Below, in pieces: positions 42,428 through 51,921 of a DNA stretch of 64,000 bases. The notes below the pieces were generated by a model. That model worked only from the letters and a program-made list of their open reading frames with translations, did no database searches and was not told the origin of the DNA. Position 1 is the first letter of the stretch, and each line of letters opens with the position of its first letter. The translations under genes and the position numbers were made by a program. The stretch comes from TPA_inf: Saccharomyces. Its lineage: Eukaryota. The stretch lies in assembly GCA_000146045.2 (NCBI GenBank), contig BK006947.3, positions 160,001 through 224,000 on the forward strand, read 5' to 3'.

Positions 42428-44872
42428 ATGAAAGTGAGGAAATATATTACTTTATGCTTTTGGTGGGCCTTTTCAACATCCGCTCTTGTATCATCACAAC
42501 AAATTCCATTGAAGGACCATACGTCACGACAGTATTTTGCTGTAGAAAGCAATGAAACATTATCCCGCTTGGAGGAAATGCATCCAAATTGGAAATATGA
42601 ACATGATGTTCGAGGGCTACCAAACCATTATGTTTTTTCAAAAGAGTTGCTAAAATTGGGCAAAAGATCATCATTAGAAGAGTTACAGGGGGATAACAAC
42701 GACCACATATTATCTGTCCATGATTTATTCCCGCGTAACGACCTATTTAAGAGACTACCGGTGCCTGCTCCACCAATGGACTCAAGCTTGTTACCGGTAA
42801 AAGAAGCTGAGGATAAACTCAGCATAAATGATCCGCTTTTTGAGAGGCAGTGGCACTTGGTCAATCCAAGTTTTCCTGGCAGTGATATAAATGTTCTTGA
42901 TCTGTGGTACAATAATATTACAGGCGCAGGGGTCGTGGCTGCCATTGTTGATGATGGCCTTGACTACGAAAATGAAGACTTGAAGGATAATTTTTGCGCT
43001 GAAGGTTCTTGGGATTTCAACGACAATACCAATTTACCTAAACCAAGATTATCTGATGACTACCATGGTACGAGATGTGCAGGTGAAATAGCTGCCAAAA
43101 AAGGTAACAATTTTTGCGGTGTCGGGGTAGGTTACAACGCTAAAATCTCAGGCATAAGAATCTTATCCGGTGATATCACTACGGAAGATGAAGCTGCGTC
43201 CTTGATTTATGGTCTAGACGTAAACGATATATATTCATGCTCATGGGGTCCCGCTGATGACGGAAGACATTTACAAGGCCCTAGTGACCTGGTGAAAAAG
43301 GCTTTAGTAAAAGGTGTTACTGAGGGAAGAGATTCCAAAGGAGCGATTTACGTTTTTGCCAGTGGAAATGGTGGAACTCGTGGTGATAATTGCAATTACG
43401 ACGGCTATACTAATTCCATATATTCTATTACTATTGGGGCTATTGATCACAAAGATCTACATCCTCCTTATTCCGAAGGTTGTTCCGCCGTCATGGCAGT
43501 CACGTATTCTTCAGGTTCAGGCGAATATATTCATTCGAGTGATATCAACGGCAGATGCAGTAATAGCCACGGTGGAACGTCTGCGGCTGCTCCATTAGCT
43601 GCCGGTGTTTACACTTTGTTACTAGAAGCCAACCCAAACCTAACTTGGAGAGACGTACAGTATTTATCAATCTTGTCTGCGGTAGGGTTAGAAAAGAACG
43701 CTGACGGAGATTGGAGAGATAGCGCCATGGGGAAGAAATACTCTCATCGCTATGGCTTTGGTAAAATCGATGCCCATAAGTTAATTGAAATGTCCAAGAC
43801 CTGGGAGAATGTTAACGCACAAACCTGGTTTTACCTGCCAACATTGTATGTTTCCCAGTCCACAAACTCCACGGAAGAGACATTAGAATCCGTCATAACC
43901 ATATCAGAAAAAAGTCTTCAAGATGCTAACTTCAAGAGAATTGAGCACGTCACGGTAACTGTAGATATTGATACAGAAATTAGGGGAACTACGACTGTCG
44001 ATTTAATATCACCAGCGGGGATAATTTCAAACCTTGGCGTTGTAAGACCAAGAGATGTTTCATCAGAGGGATTCAAAGACTGGACATTCATGTCTGTAGC
44101 ACATTGGGGTGAGAACGGCGTAGGTGATTGGAAAATCAAGGTTAAGACAACAGAAAATGGACACAGGATTGACTTCCACAGTTGGAGGCTGAAGCTCTTT
44201 GGGGAATCCATTGATTCATCTAAAACAGAAACTTTCGTCTTTGGAAACGATAAAGAGGAGGTTGAACCAGCTGCTACAGAAAGTACCGTATCACAATATT
44301 CTGCCAGTTCAACTTCTATTTCCATCAGCGCTACTTCTACATCTTCTATCTCAATTGGTGTGGAAACGTCGGCCATTCCCCAAACGACTACTGCGAGTAC
44401 CGATCCTGATTCTGATCCAAACACTCCTAAAAAACTTTCCTCTCCTAGGCAAGCCATGCATTATTTTTTAACAATATTTTTGATTGGCGCCACATTTTTG
44501 GTGTTATACTTCATGTTTTTTATGAAATCAAGGAGAAGGATCAGAAGGTCAAGAGCGGAAACGTATGAATTCGATATCATTGATACAGACTCTGAGTACG
44601 ATTCTACTTTGGACAATGGAACTTCCGGAATTACTGAGCCCGAAGAGGTTGAGGACTTCGATTTTGATTTGTCCGATGAAGACCATCTTGCAAGTTTGTC
44701 TTCATCAGAAAACGGTGATGCTGAACATACAATTGATAGTGTACTAACAAACGAAAATCCATTTAGTGACCCTATAAAGCAAAAGTTCCCAAATGACGCC
44801 AACGCAGAATCTGCTTCCAATAAATTACAAGAATTACAGCCTGATGTTCCTCCATCTTCCGGACGATCGTGA
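42428..44872 (+). CDS. KEX2: KEX2 (YNL238W), 814 aa kexin (subtilisin-like proprotein convertase)
   Basis: The track ORF starts at TTG 42386. The ATG at 42428 gives 814 aa (MKVRKYITLCFWWAF signal peptide). Catalytic D (VAAIVDDGLD), H (HGTRCAGEIAA), S (GGTSAAAPLAAG), P-domain, Ser/Thr-rich stretch, TM helix, acidic tail. Confidence 0.96.
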   Translation: MKVRKYITLCFWWAFSTSALVSSQQIPLKDHTSRQYFAVESNETLSRLEEMHPNWKYEHDVRGLPNHYVFSKELLKLGKRSSLEELQGDNNDHILSVHDLFPRNDLFKRLPVPAPPMDSSLLPVKEAEDKLSINDPLFERQWHLVNPSFPGSDINVLDLWYNNITGAGVVAAIVDDGLDYENEDLKDNFCAEGSWDFNDNTNLPKPRLSDDYHGTRCAGEIAAKKGNNFCGVGVGYNAKISGIRILSGDITTEDEAASLIYGLDVNDIYSCSWGPADDGRHLQGPSDLVKKALVKGVTEGRDSKGAIYVFASGNGGTRGDNCNYDGYTNSIYSITIGAIDHKDLHPPYSEGCSAVMAVTYSSGSGEYIHSSDINGRCSNSHGGTSAAAPLAAGVYTLLLEANPNLTWRDVQYLSILSAVGLEKNADGDWRDSAMGKKYSHRYGFGKIDAHKLIEMSKTWENVNAQTWFYLPTLYVSQSTNSTEETLESVITISEKSLQDANFKRIEHVTVTVDIDTEIRGTTTVDLISPAGIISNLGVVRPRDVSSEGFKDWTFMSVAHWGENGVGDWKIKVKTTENGHRIDFHSWRLKLFGESIDSSKTETFVFGNDKEEVEPAATESTVSQYSASSTSISISATSTSSISIGVETSAIPQTTTASTDPDSDPNTPKKLSSPRQAMHYFLTIFLIGATFLVLYFMFFMKSRRRIRRSRAETYEFDIIDTDSEYDSTLDNGTSGITEPEEVEDFDFDLSDEDHLASLSSSENGDAEHTIDSVLTNENPFSDPIKQKFPNDANAESASNKLQELQPDVPPSSGRS

Positions 44873-45187
44873 TTCGATATGTACAGAAAGCTTCAAATTA
44901 CAAAATAGCATTTTTTTCTTATAGATTATAATACTCTCTCATACGTATACGTATATGTGTATATGATATATAAACAAACATTAATATCCTATTCCTTCCG
45001 TTTGAAATCCCTATGATGTACTTTGCATTGTTTGCACCCGCGAATAAAATGAAAACTCCGAACCGATATATCAAGCACATAAAAGGGGAGGGTCCAATTA
45101 ATGCATATTTAAGACCACAGCTGAATAACTTTAAAACGGCAGACAAAACAAAAAATAGGTCGAATAAACCTTACCTGCCTAGAAGGA

Positions 45188-46567
45188 ATGACAGCAGCTA
45201 ATAAGAATATTGTCTTCGGATTTTCCAGATCCATTAGCGCAATTCTACTAATATGCTTTTTCTTTGAAAAAGTCTGCGGTGATATGGAGCATGATATGGG
45301 CATGGATGATACTTCGGGATACACGAGGCCAGAAATTGTGCAGGCTGGGTCGAAATCTTTCCACTGGCTCTGCACTTTGGGATTCTTGTTGCTTTTACCA
45401 TCCGTGGTGACGTGCCTTTCGTTCGCTGGCAGGATATATTCAGCTACCCTCTTACAATGCACTTGTGCCGTTTACGCTTTCTTAGAAGCTGCCGTATTAA
45501 GATTTCAAGACAATGATGGGGTAGAAAATAGAACTTCAAGGGGAACCGCATGGTTTTTGGTGGGACTTACTTGGATAACCTTATTCTTTGGTGGATTAGC
45601 TGGAGGAACTGGTTTCTTAGTGAAAAGCAAGAGGTTGCAAACGTTCATATCAAATGCAGGTGAGAAAAGGTTGTCATATATCCATCGTGGTTTATCCTTT
45701 CTAACTGTTCTAACAGGTTGGGTTAAAGTCTGTTTGGCACCTGTTGCGCTCTTTGGGTTTTGTAGAGAGGCACACACAGGGCAATGCATCGCTCATGGTA
45801 TCATGGGATCCGCGTTTGTGTTGTACGGGTTCATTTATGTACTGGTTTTGGTTATACCATGGATTCGCAGTGCCCAAACCTCATATTCACAGGATTACGT
45901 CGACAGTTGGGTTATGTGCATATGGGGCGTTGTAAATACTTTTACTGAACACAGGTGGGGACGTGAAGGATGGAGTGTTCACGATTATCAACACACGTTT
46001 ATGGGAATTATCTGGTGGACTGGTGGAATACTCGGGATTTTCCTTTCCAGAAATGGCAGAAGAACATTTGTACCAAGTTTGATTATTATTTTCACCGGAT
46101 GGGCCATGTCTGAGCACGCCCAGCACTTGATAATTAGCACAAAAGTCCATAATATGTTTGGGCTAGTTTTAATGTGTGGAGGCGCTTTAAGAATTATCGA
46201 AATATCTTTTTTACTACGTGATAAAAGAACGCTGGACAAAATACATTCATTCCAATACCTTGCTCCCTTTTGTTTAGTATGTTCAGGTCTCCTATTTATG
46301 GGCGCAAACGAAGAACAACTCATTTTAGTGTTGCGGTTGGGAGGCGACCATAGTGCGTACGTTCTAATTATCGTATCAGGCGCATTTTTGGTCTACTTCT
46401 GGATGATTGCATGTTTGGAATTCTACCTATATCTACTTGAAAAGGGAAAACAAGGATTCCTTCCGAAATCATACGAACTTGAAGAGGAAAACAATAACGT
46501 GAGCTTTGAGCTAGATAACATATCGAACGAAGATGTGGATGAAGATACCACTCCCTTTAACGTTTGA
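45188..46567 (+). CDS. YTP1: YTP1 (YNL237W), 459 aa multi-pass membrane protein
   Basis: 459-aa ORF, ATG at 45188. Many hydrophobic segments. Length and position match Ytp1. Confidence 0.8.
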   Translation: MTAANKNIVFGFSRSISAILLICFFFEKVCGDMEHDMGMDDTSGYTRPEIVQAGSKSFHWLCTLGFLLLLPSVVTCLSFAGRIYSATLLQCTCAVYAFLEAAVLRFQDNDGVENRTSRGTAWFLVGLTWITLFFGGLAGGTGFLVKSKRLQTFISNAGEKRLSYIHRGLSFLTVLTGWVKVCLAPVALFGFCREAHTGQCIAHGIMGSAFVLYGFIYVLVLVIPWIRSAQTSYSQDYVDSWVMCIWGVVNTFTEHRWGREGWSVHDYQHTFMGIIWWTGGILGIFLSRNGRRTFVPSLIIIFTGWAMSEHAQHLIISTKVHNMFGLVLMCGGALRIIEISFLLRDKRTLDKIHSFQYLAPFCLVCSGLLFMGANEEQLILVLRLGGDHSAYVLIIVSGAFLVYFWMIACLEFYLYLLEKGKQGFLPKSYELEEENNNVSFELDNISNEDVDEDTTPFNV

Positions 46568-46929
46568 ATAGTGGGCAACTAATGTAATATAAGACATTTG
46601 AAAGTCCGATCCTACACCCTCTTTGTTAGAAGCATTGTAACTTTATTTTTTTTTATAATACTCTAAATGCGGAACTGTATACACTTTGCACAGTTTGTAT
46701 TCAAATTGTTTGCATAAATATATAAAAATTGCCACGAACACTTTTAGATTCCTTCGTTAGTCTCCTTTGTATATTGCCGTTTGCAGGCTCATGATGATAA
46801 ATCTCGCTATTTCGGTGAAGAAAAAAAAAGCTAGCTTCGAACTTTTCAAAAGAAGTATAATTTCATTTCAAAAATAAGGTCCAAAGAAAAGAAACTAGCA
46901 GACCTGACCTTCTGTTGGTAAATATTAGT

Positions 46930-49854
46930 ATGATGCTTGGAGAGCATTTAATGAGCTGGTCTAAGACTGGTATTATTGCATACAGTGACTCACAGTCCTC
47001 AAATGCCAATATTTGCCTCACATTTTTAGAATCCATAAATGGAATAAACTGGCGATTTCATACGCCGCAAAAATATGTATTACACCCGCAATTGCACGAA
47101 GTTCAATACCAAGAAAGTAGTAGTACTCTAAGCACTCACTCGACAACAACTTCTGTCAATGGATCAACTACAGCCGGGGTTGGAAGCACTCCAAACTTCG
47201 GAGGCAACAGCAACAAGTCTCCTCCACAGTTCTTTTATAATATATCTTCCATTCATTGGAACAACTGGTTTAGTTTACCAGGTGACATGTTGGCTGTATG
47301 TGACGAATTAGGTAACATGACCATGTTAATTACTGGACAACGTCCTGATCGGGCCACTACATACGAAAAGTTAACGATGGTATTTCAAGATAATGTTTAC
47401 AAAATTTATAACCACGTTATGCCTTTAAAGCCTGTAGACAAGCTAAAGCCCATGAACATTGAAAGGAAACAAACAAGGAAAGAATACAATACATCCATCT
47501 TGGAATTTCGCTGGCTCACCTCTTCAAAATCCGTAATCGTTTCTCAATTCTGCGCATTTGATAGTAGTTCTAATACATATAGAAGCAGAGCACAGCAAGT
47601 GCCTCCATATGGTGTGTACCATCCACCCTTTATAAAATATGCGTGCTTGGCAATAAGGAAAAACGGTCAAATAGATTTTTGGTACCAATTTTCAAACTCA
47701 AAGGATCATAAAAAAATAACGTTACAGCTGCTGGACACTTCAAATCAAAGATTCAAGGATCTTCAATGGCTTGAATTTGCTAGAATTACACCTATGAATG
47801 ATGATCAGTGTATGTTGATAACCACATATTCAAAATTATCTAAAAATATCTCTTTTTACAAACTACACGTTAATTGGAACCTTAATGCGACCAAACCAAA
47901 CGTCCTAAATGACCCATCGTTGAAAATACAATTTATATTAAGCACTACTTTAGATCCAACGGATGATGAAGGGCATGTGTTGAAGTTAGAGAACCTGCAT
48001 GTTGTGTCTAAATCATCAATTGAGAAAGATCCCTCCCCAGAAATTTTAGTTTTGTATAATGTTTGCGATACATCAAAATCATTGGTGAAAAGATATAGAC
48101 TAGCTCCAACACAACTTTCAGCTGAGTATTTGGTGATATTGAAACCAGATTTAAATATCGATCGAAATAATTCTACGAATCAAATATTCCAATCGCGCCG
48201 TTACAACCTTCGTCGCCACAGTGATATCGTTCTCGACAAAAAAGTCACCTTGATAACTTCTGAGATGTTCGATGCATTTGTTTCATTTTACTTTGAAGAT
48301 GGTACCATCGAATCCTACAATCAAAATGATTGGAAGTTGGAGACTGAACGACTTATAAGTCAGAGCCAATTAGGAAAATTCAAAAATATTATTGCATCCC
48401 CACTAAGCGCAGGATTTAATTATGGGAAGCTCCCTTTACCTCCATCGGTTGAGTGGATGAAGGTTTCACCATCTATGTGTGGGGTTATCGTTAAACAGTA
48501 TAATAAAAAATGGCCACAGTTTTATGCTGCTGTTCAAAAAAACTACGCAGATCCTGAGAAGGATTCTATAAATGCTACAGCTTTGGCATTTGGATACGTG
48601 AAAAGTTTACATAAGCAAATATCTGCCGAAGACTTGACCATCGCTGCGAAGACGCACATACTCAGAATTTCATTCTTGGATAGAAAAAGGGCCAAAGAAT
48701 TTATTACGACTTTGTTGAAAAGCCTATACTCGTTTTTCAACATTTCTCCTGATGCGCCTAAAGAGATTATGGATAAAATAATAACAAGTAGGCCACTTCA
48801 AAAAATTATGCTATTGCAGCTGGAACTTGGCAGTTGTTTTTCGCAAGAAAATATTGAAGAAATGGCGAGAGTTATACTCTACTTGAAAAATGTTTTGTTT
48901 GCGTTCAATGGTGTGGCGAGAAATTTTCATTTTGCGATTGAACAAATAAGTAATAATTCTAACCAACAACAAAACCCGAAGTTGTTCCAGACTATATTTT
49001 CAAAACAGGATCTCATTCATTCATTGATTCCTGTTGCTAAATGGTTTGTCAAATTTATCACTTATTTGACCCAAGAAATTTTAATTTTAATAAATGATCC
49101 CACAAACAAGGAATACACACTAGTTCACGGAATATTTGGAGCCAAAATGTCCAGGACTTTGATATTGTCTATTCTTAACGAAATCAAGAAAGTCACCCAA
49201 ATAGTGGCGAAATTTCCAGAAACATCATACCCAATTTTAAACGAGTCATCAACTTTTTTGAAACTAGTCTTATCTGAATCACCAGTGGATTTCGAAAAAT
49301 TTGAAACGTTTTTAGTTGATGTAAACAACAAATTTATCGCGCTATGCGAACAACAGCCATCACAGGAACGTGAGTTTTCGTTGTTGGTGAAAGCTGAAAT
49401 CCCCCCAGAATATGCCAAAGTGGGAGATTTCCTCCTGCAGTATGCTAATAATGCAGTGATTTCCCATGCGAATGCGGCTGCAGTATATTTTGCAGATACA
49501 AGTGGCTTGAAAATATCTAATTCAGAGTTTTTCAATCCCGAAATATTTCATTTATTGCAACCATTAGAAGAGGGATTAATTATTGATACAGATAAACTAC
49601 CCATAAAAAATAGAACCTCCAAATCTTTTAGCAAATTACTGTACGACGATGTAACCTGTGACAAACTGAGTGTATCAGAAATATCCGATGGGAAACTTAA
49701 GAGATGCAGTAGGTGCGGTTCCGTCACAAGAGCAGGAAATATAATATCGAGTGATAAGACAATTGTACCCACTAGCATCCAAACCAAAAGATGGCCAACC
49801 ATGTATACAAGACTGTGCATATGTTCAGGTATGCTTTTTGAGATGGACGGCTGA
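46930..49854 (+). CDS. SIN4: SIN4/MED16 (YNL236W), 974 aa Mediator tail subunit
   Basis: The track ORF is 979 aa. The ATG at 46930 (MMLGEHLMSWSKTG) gives 974 aa, the Sin4 length. Position between YTP1 and YNL234W matches. Confidence 0.88.
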   Translation: MMLGEHLMSWSKTGIIAYSDSQSSNANICLTFLESINGINWRFHTPQKYVLHPQLHEVQYQESSSTLSTHSTTTSVNGSTTAGVGSTPNFGGNSNKSPPQFFYNISSIHWNNWFSLPGDMLAVCDELGNMTMLITGQRPDRATTYEKLTMVFQDNVYKIYNHVMPLKPVDKLKPMNIERKQTRKEYNTSILEFRWLTSSKSVIVSQFCAFDSSSNTYRSRAQQVPPYGVYHPPFIKYACLAIRKNGQIDFWYQFSNSKDHKKITLQLLDTSNQRFKDLQWLEFARITPMNDDQCMLITTYSKLSKNISFYKLHVNWNLNATKPNVLNDPSLKIQFILSTTLDPTDDEGHVLKLENLHVVSKSSIEKDPSPEILVLYNVCDTSKSLVKRYRLAPTQLSAEYLVILKPDLNIDRNNSTNQIFQSRRYNLRRHSDIVLDKKVTLITSEMFDAFVSFYFEDGTIESYNQNDWKLETERLISQSQLGKFKNIIASPLSAGFNYGKLPLPPSVEWMKVSPSMCGVIVKQYNKKWPQFYAAVQKNYADPEKDSINATALAFGYVKSLHKQISAEDLTIAAKTHILRISFLDRKRAKEFITTLLKSLYSFFNISPDAPKEIMDKIITSRPLQKIMLLQLELGSCFSQENIEEMARVILYLKNVLFAFNGVARNFHFAIEQISNNSNQQQNPKLFQTIFSKQDLIHSLIPVAKWFVKFITYLTQEILILINDPTNKEYTLVHGIFGAKMSRTLILSILNEIKKVTQIVAKFPETSYPILNESSTFLKLVLSESPVDFEKFETFLVDVNNKFIALCEQQPSQEREFSLLVKAEIPPEYAKVGDFLLQYANNAVISHANAAAVYFADTSGLKISNSEFFNPEIFHLLQPLEEGLIIDTDKLPIKNRTSKSFSKLLYDDVTCDKLSVSEISDGKLKRCSRCGSVTRAGNIISSDKTIVPTSIQTKRWPTMYTRLCICSGMLFEMDG

Positions 49855-50232
49855 TTATTAGTACTATAGCATAGTTTTGTATAGAATTGTTTTAAACATT
49901 TCACTTCTCGACTTAATAAAAAGAAATGAGAGTGACAGTGTCTGGAATTTCTTTCTTCTAGAATACCAAGGGTACGCATTTCTCTCCTACGGAATTTTCT
50001 GTGCAGATGTCCCGATCTACGTGGCAGATAGTGAAAACTCCGTAGGCAAAAGGGGCATCGGAAAAACCTCTTCAAAAAAAAAGGTTTTTAGGCTCGAACG
50101 AGCCGGAGCAATAATGTTCCTTTGAAAAATAGCAATCGTTATGCAACCATTTTATATGAGTCTGCCCCTCAAGGGACTCGCCACCGGACCGCTGCAGTTG
50201 TTTGCATTCATCCACATATAAGCTGGTTGTGT

Positions 50233-51513
50233 ATGACAGGAGAAAAAATACTTCATTCGCAGTTGTTAACCAACAGCGACATGTCTAGCGGGAATGTCCA
50301 CCATACGAAACCGATGATGTACAACGTAACCCTGCCTTCCTACAACAGCAGTAGTATAGGTCCAGTCGATAATTTGAAAATAAACGAGAGACCTGGCTCT
50401 CATGATCATTCCATGAGAAGTGAAATGTCATCCAAAAACTCCGGAAGCGATTTTATGCCACAATCTATTTCACGTTCCGAAGGTAGTGTCTACCAGGTCA
50501 AGATAGATCGTGGTGACTCCCCGAATACAGAAGGATTCGACTTTAAAGTTAATGCAAGAGATCTGCTGTTACTTCGAATGTCCTGGGATATCCTCCTCAG
50601 GGAGTATTTAACACCTAAAGAATTAAAAGTTTTTCAAGCACTTCTGTATTCCAATAAACATATTACTTCAACAGAAAGACCCTATTTGAATACTGCTCCT
50701 GACGGTATGATTTCCAAAACTATTGACCCTACTGCCAGGCCACGTAAAACAAAACAAAGGGACAATGATAACAAGGTTGATACTGCACTATTTTGTTCAC
50801 AGTTTTATGACAATTTGATTGCAATGGATCCCTTGTTAGAAGAATATTTTCCATCATTAAAACATCAAGCAGTTTCGTTCTGTAAGGTCCTTGATTCTGC
50901 TATTGACAACCTTGAAAACGTTCATGTCCTAGATGATTATATTGTGAAATTAGGAAAACGCCATTCCAGAATTCTCGGCATCAAAACCGTTGGTTTCGAA
51001 GTAATGGGAAAAGCATTTATGACTACATTGCAGGACAGGTTTGGATCTTTTCTCACACTGGAACTCAAAAATCTATGGGGACAACTTTACTCATATTTGG
51101 CAAATTGTATGATTACTGCAGGGAAGGACCCAATGGAAAAGATTCAACCAGATTTTTCGTATAATGGTGACTCTGTGGTTTTAAATTTTTCCATTCCCAA
51201 ACTTGCGATGCATGATATAAGTACAGTTAACAAGCTACAAATGGTGAAAACTAAAAACGCTACTATACCTCATAATATAACACAAGTACCGACAAATAAA
51301 ATTCCTACAGAAATACTCTTAGACAATTCTTCTACTCCAATAAAAAGCGACCGTGAATCGACGCCTCCAATCTCACCAAAGGGCTCTGGAAGTACAAAAC
51401 CAAGCATCGGTAGCAGTACCGTCGTGGAAAGTAATACCAAGAAAAATAATTATGATGAAAAAATCCATTTATTGCAAAAAACTGCTCAGCAGAAGAACTG
51501 CTCGATTATGTAA
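50233..51513 (+). CDS. YNL234W, 426 aa globin-domain-like protein
   Basis: The track ORF is 463 aa. The ATG at 50233 ([10 protein letters not shown]) gives 426 aa, matching my recall of YNL234W. Globin-like central region ([25 protein letters not shown]). Confidence 0.7.
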
Positions 51514-51618
51514 CTACAACCGTACCATTAAGTGTATAAGTTTCCCAGGTTATATTATATATTCTTTAGATCACTGCCTGTTCTTTATTACCCGCGAGCT
51601 AATCTTTGTCTTATATAG

Positions 51619-51638
51619 GCGCGTCAGCGGAGACGCGT
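51619..51638. promoter_or_regulatory. Pair of MluI-cell-cycle-box-like elements (GGCGCGTC ... GACGCGTC) upstream of BNI4
   Basis: ggcgcgtcagcggagacgcgtc. ACGCGT at 51633-51638 and GCGCGT at 51620-51625, about 285 bp upstream of the BNI4 ATG at 51922. Confidence 0.4.
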
Positions 51639-51921
51639 CAAGTCAACTTCTCTCTTCTATCGTCCCGAGTATGAAAAATCATTTCAGATTCGAAGAAATC
51701 AGATTGGCTTTATATCTTCTTTAGAACAAGACGTGTAATATTCTCACACTTAGAGTTGACCCCCTCAAGTTCGCTTATTAGTACAGGTTTTGACTTTGCA
51801 AATAAACAACAGGAAAAGCGACTCAAATAAATTGACAAAGAAATCTCAACAACCAGAGTGCAAAAGCCGTACGAGCAGCGTTTTTATTAATAACGATATA
51901 TCACTACGTATTCAACAGAAT

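Noticed and set aside
49548-50075. 175-aa minus-strand ORF overlapping the SIN4 3' end
   Set aside because: It overlaps the well-supported SIN4 CDS on the opposite strand and extends into the SIN4-YNL234W spacer. It corresponds to what I recall as dubious ORF YNL235C. It has no domain and is Cys/His-rich nonsense composition.
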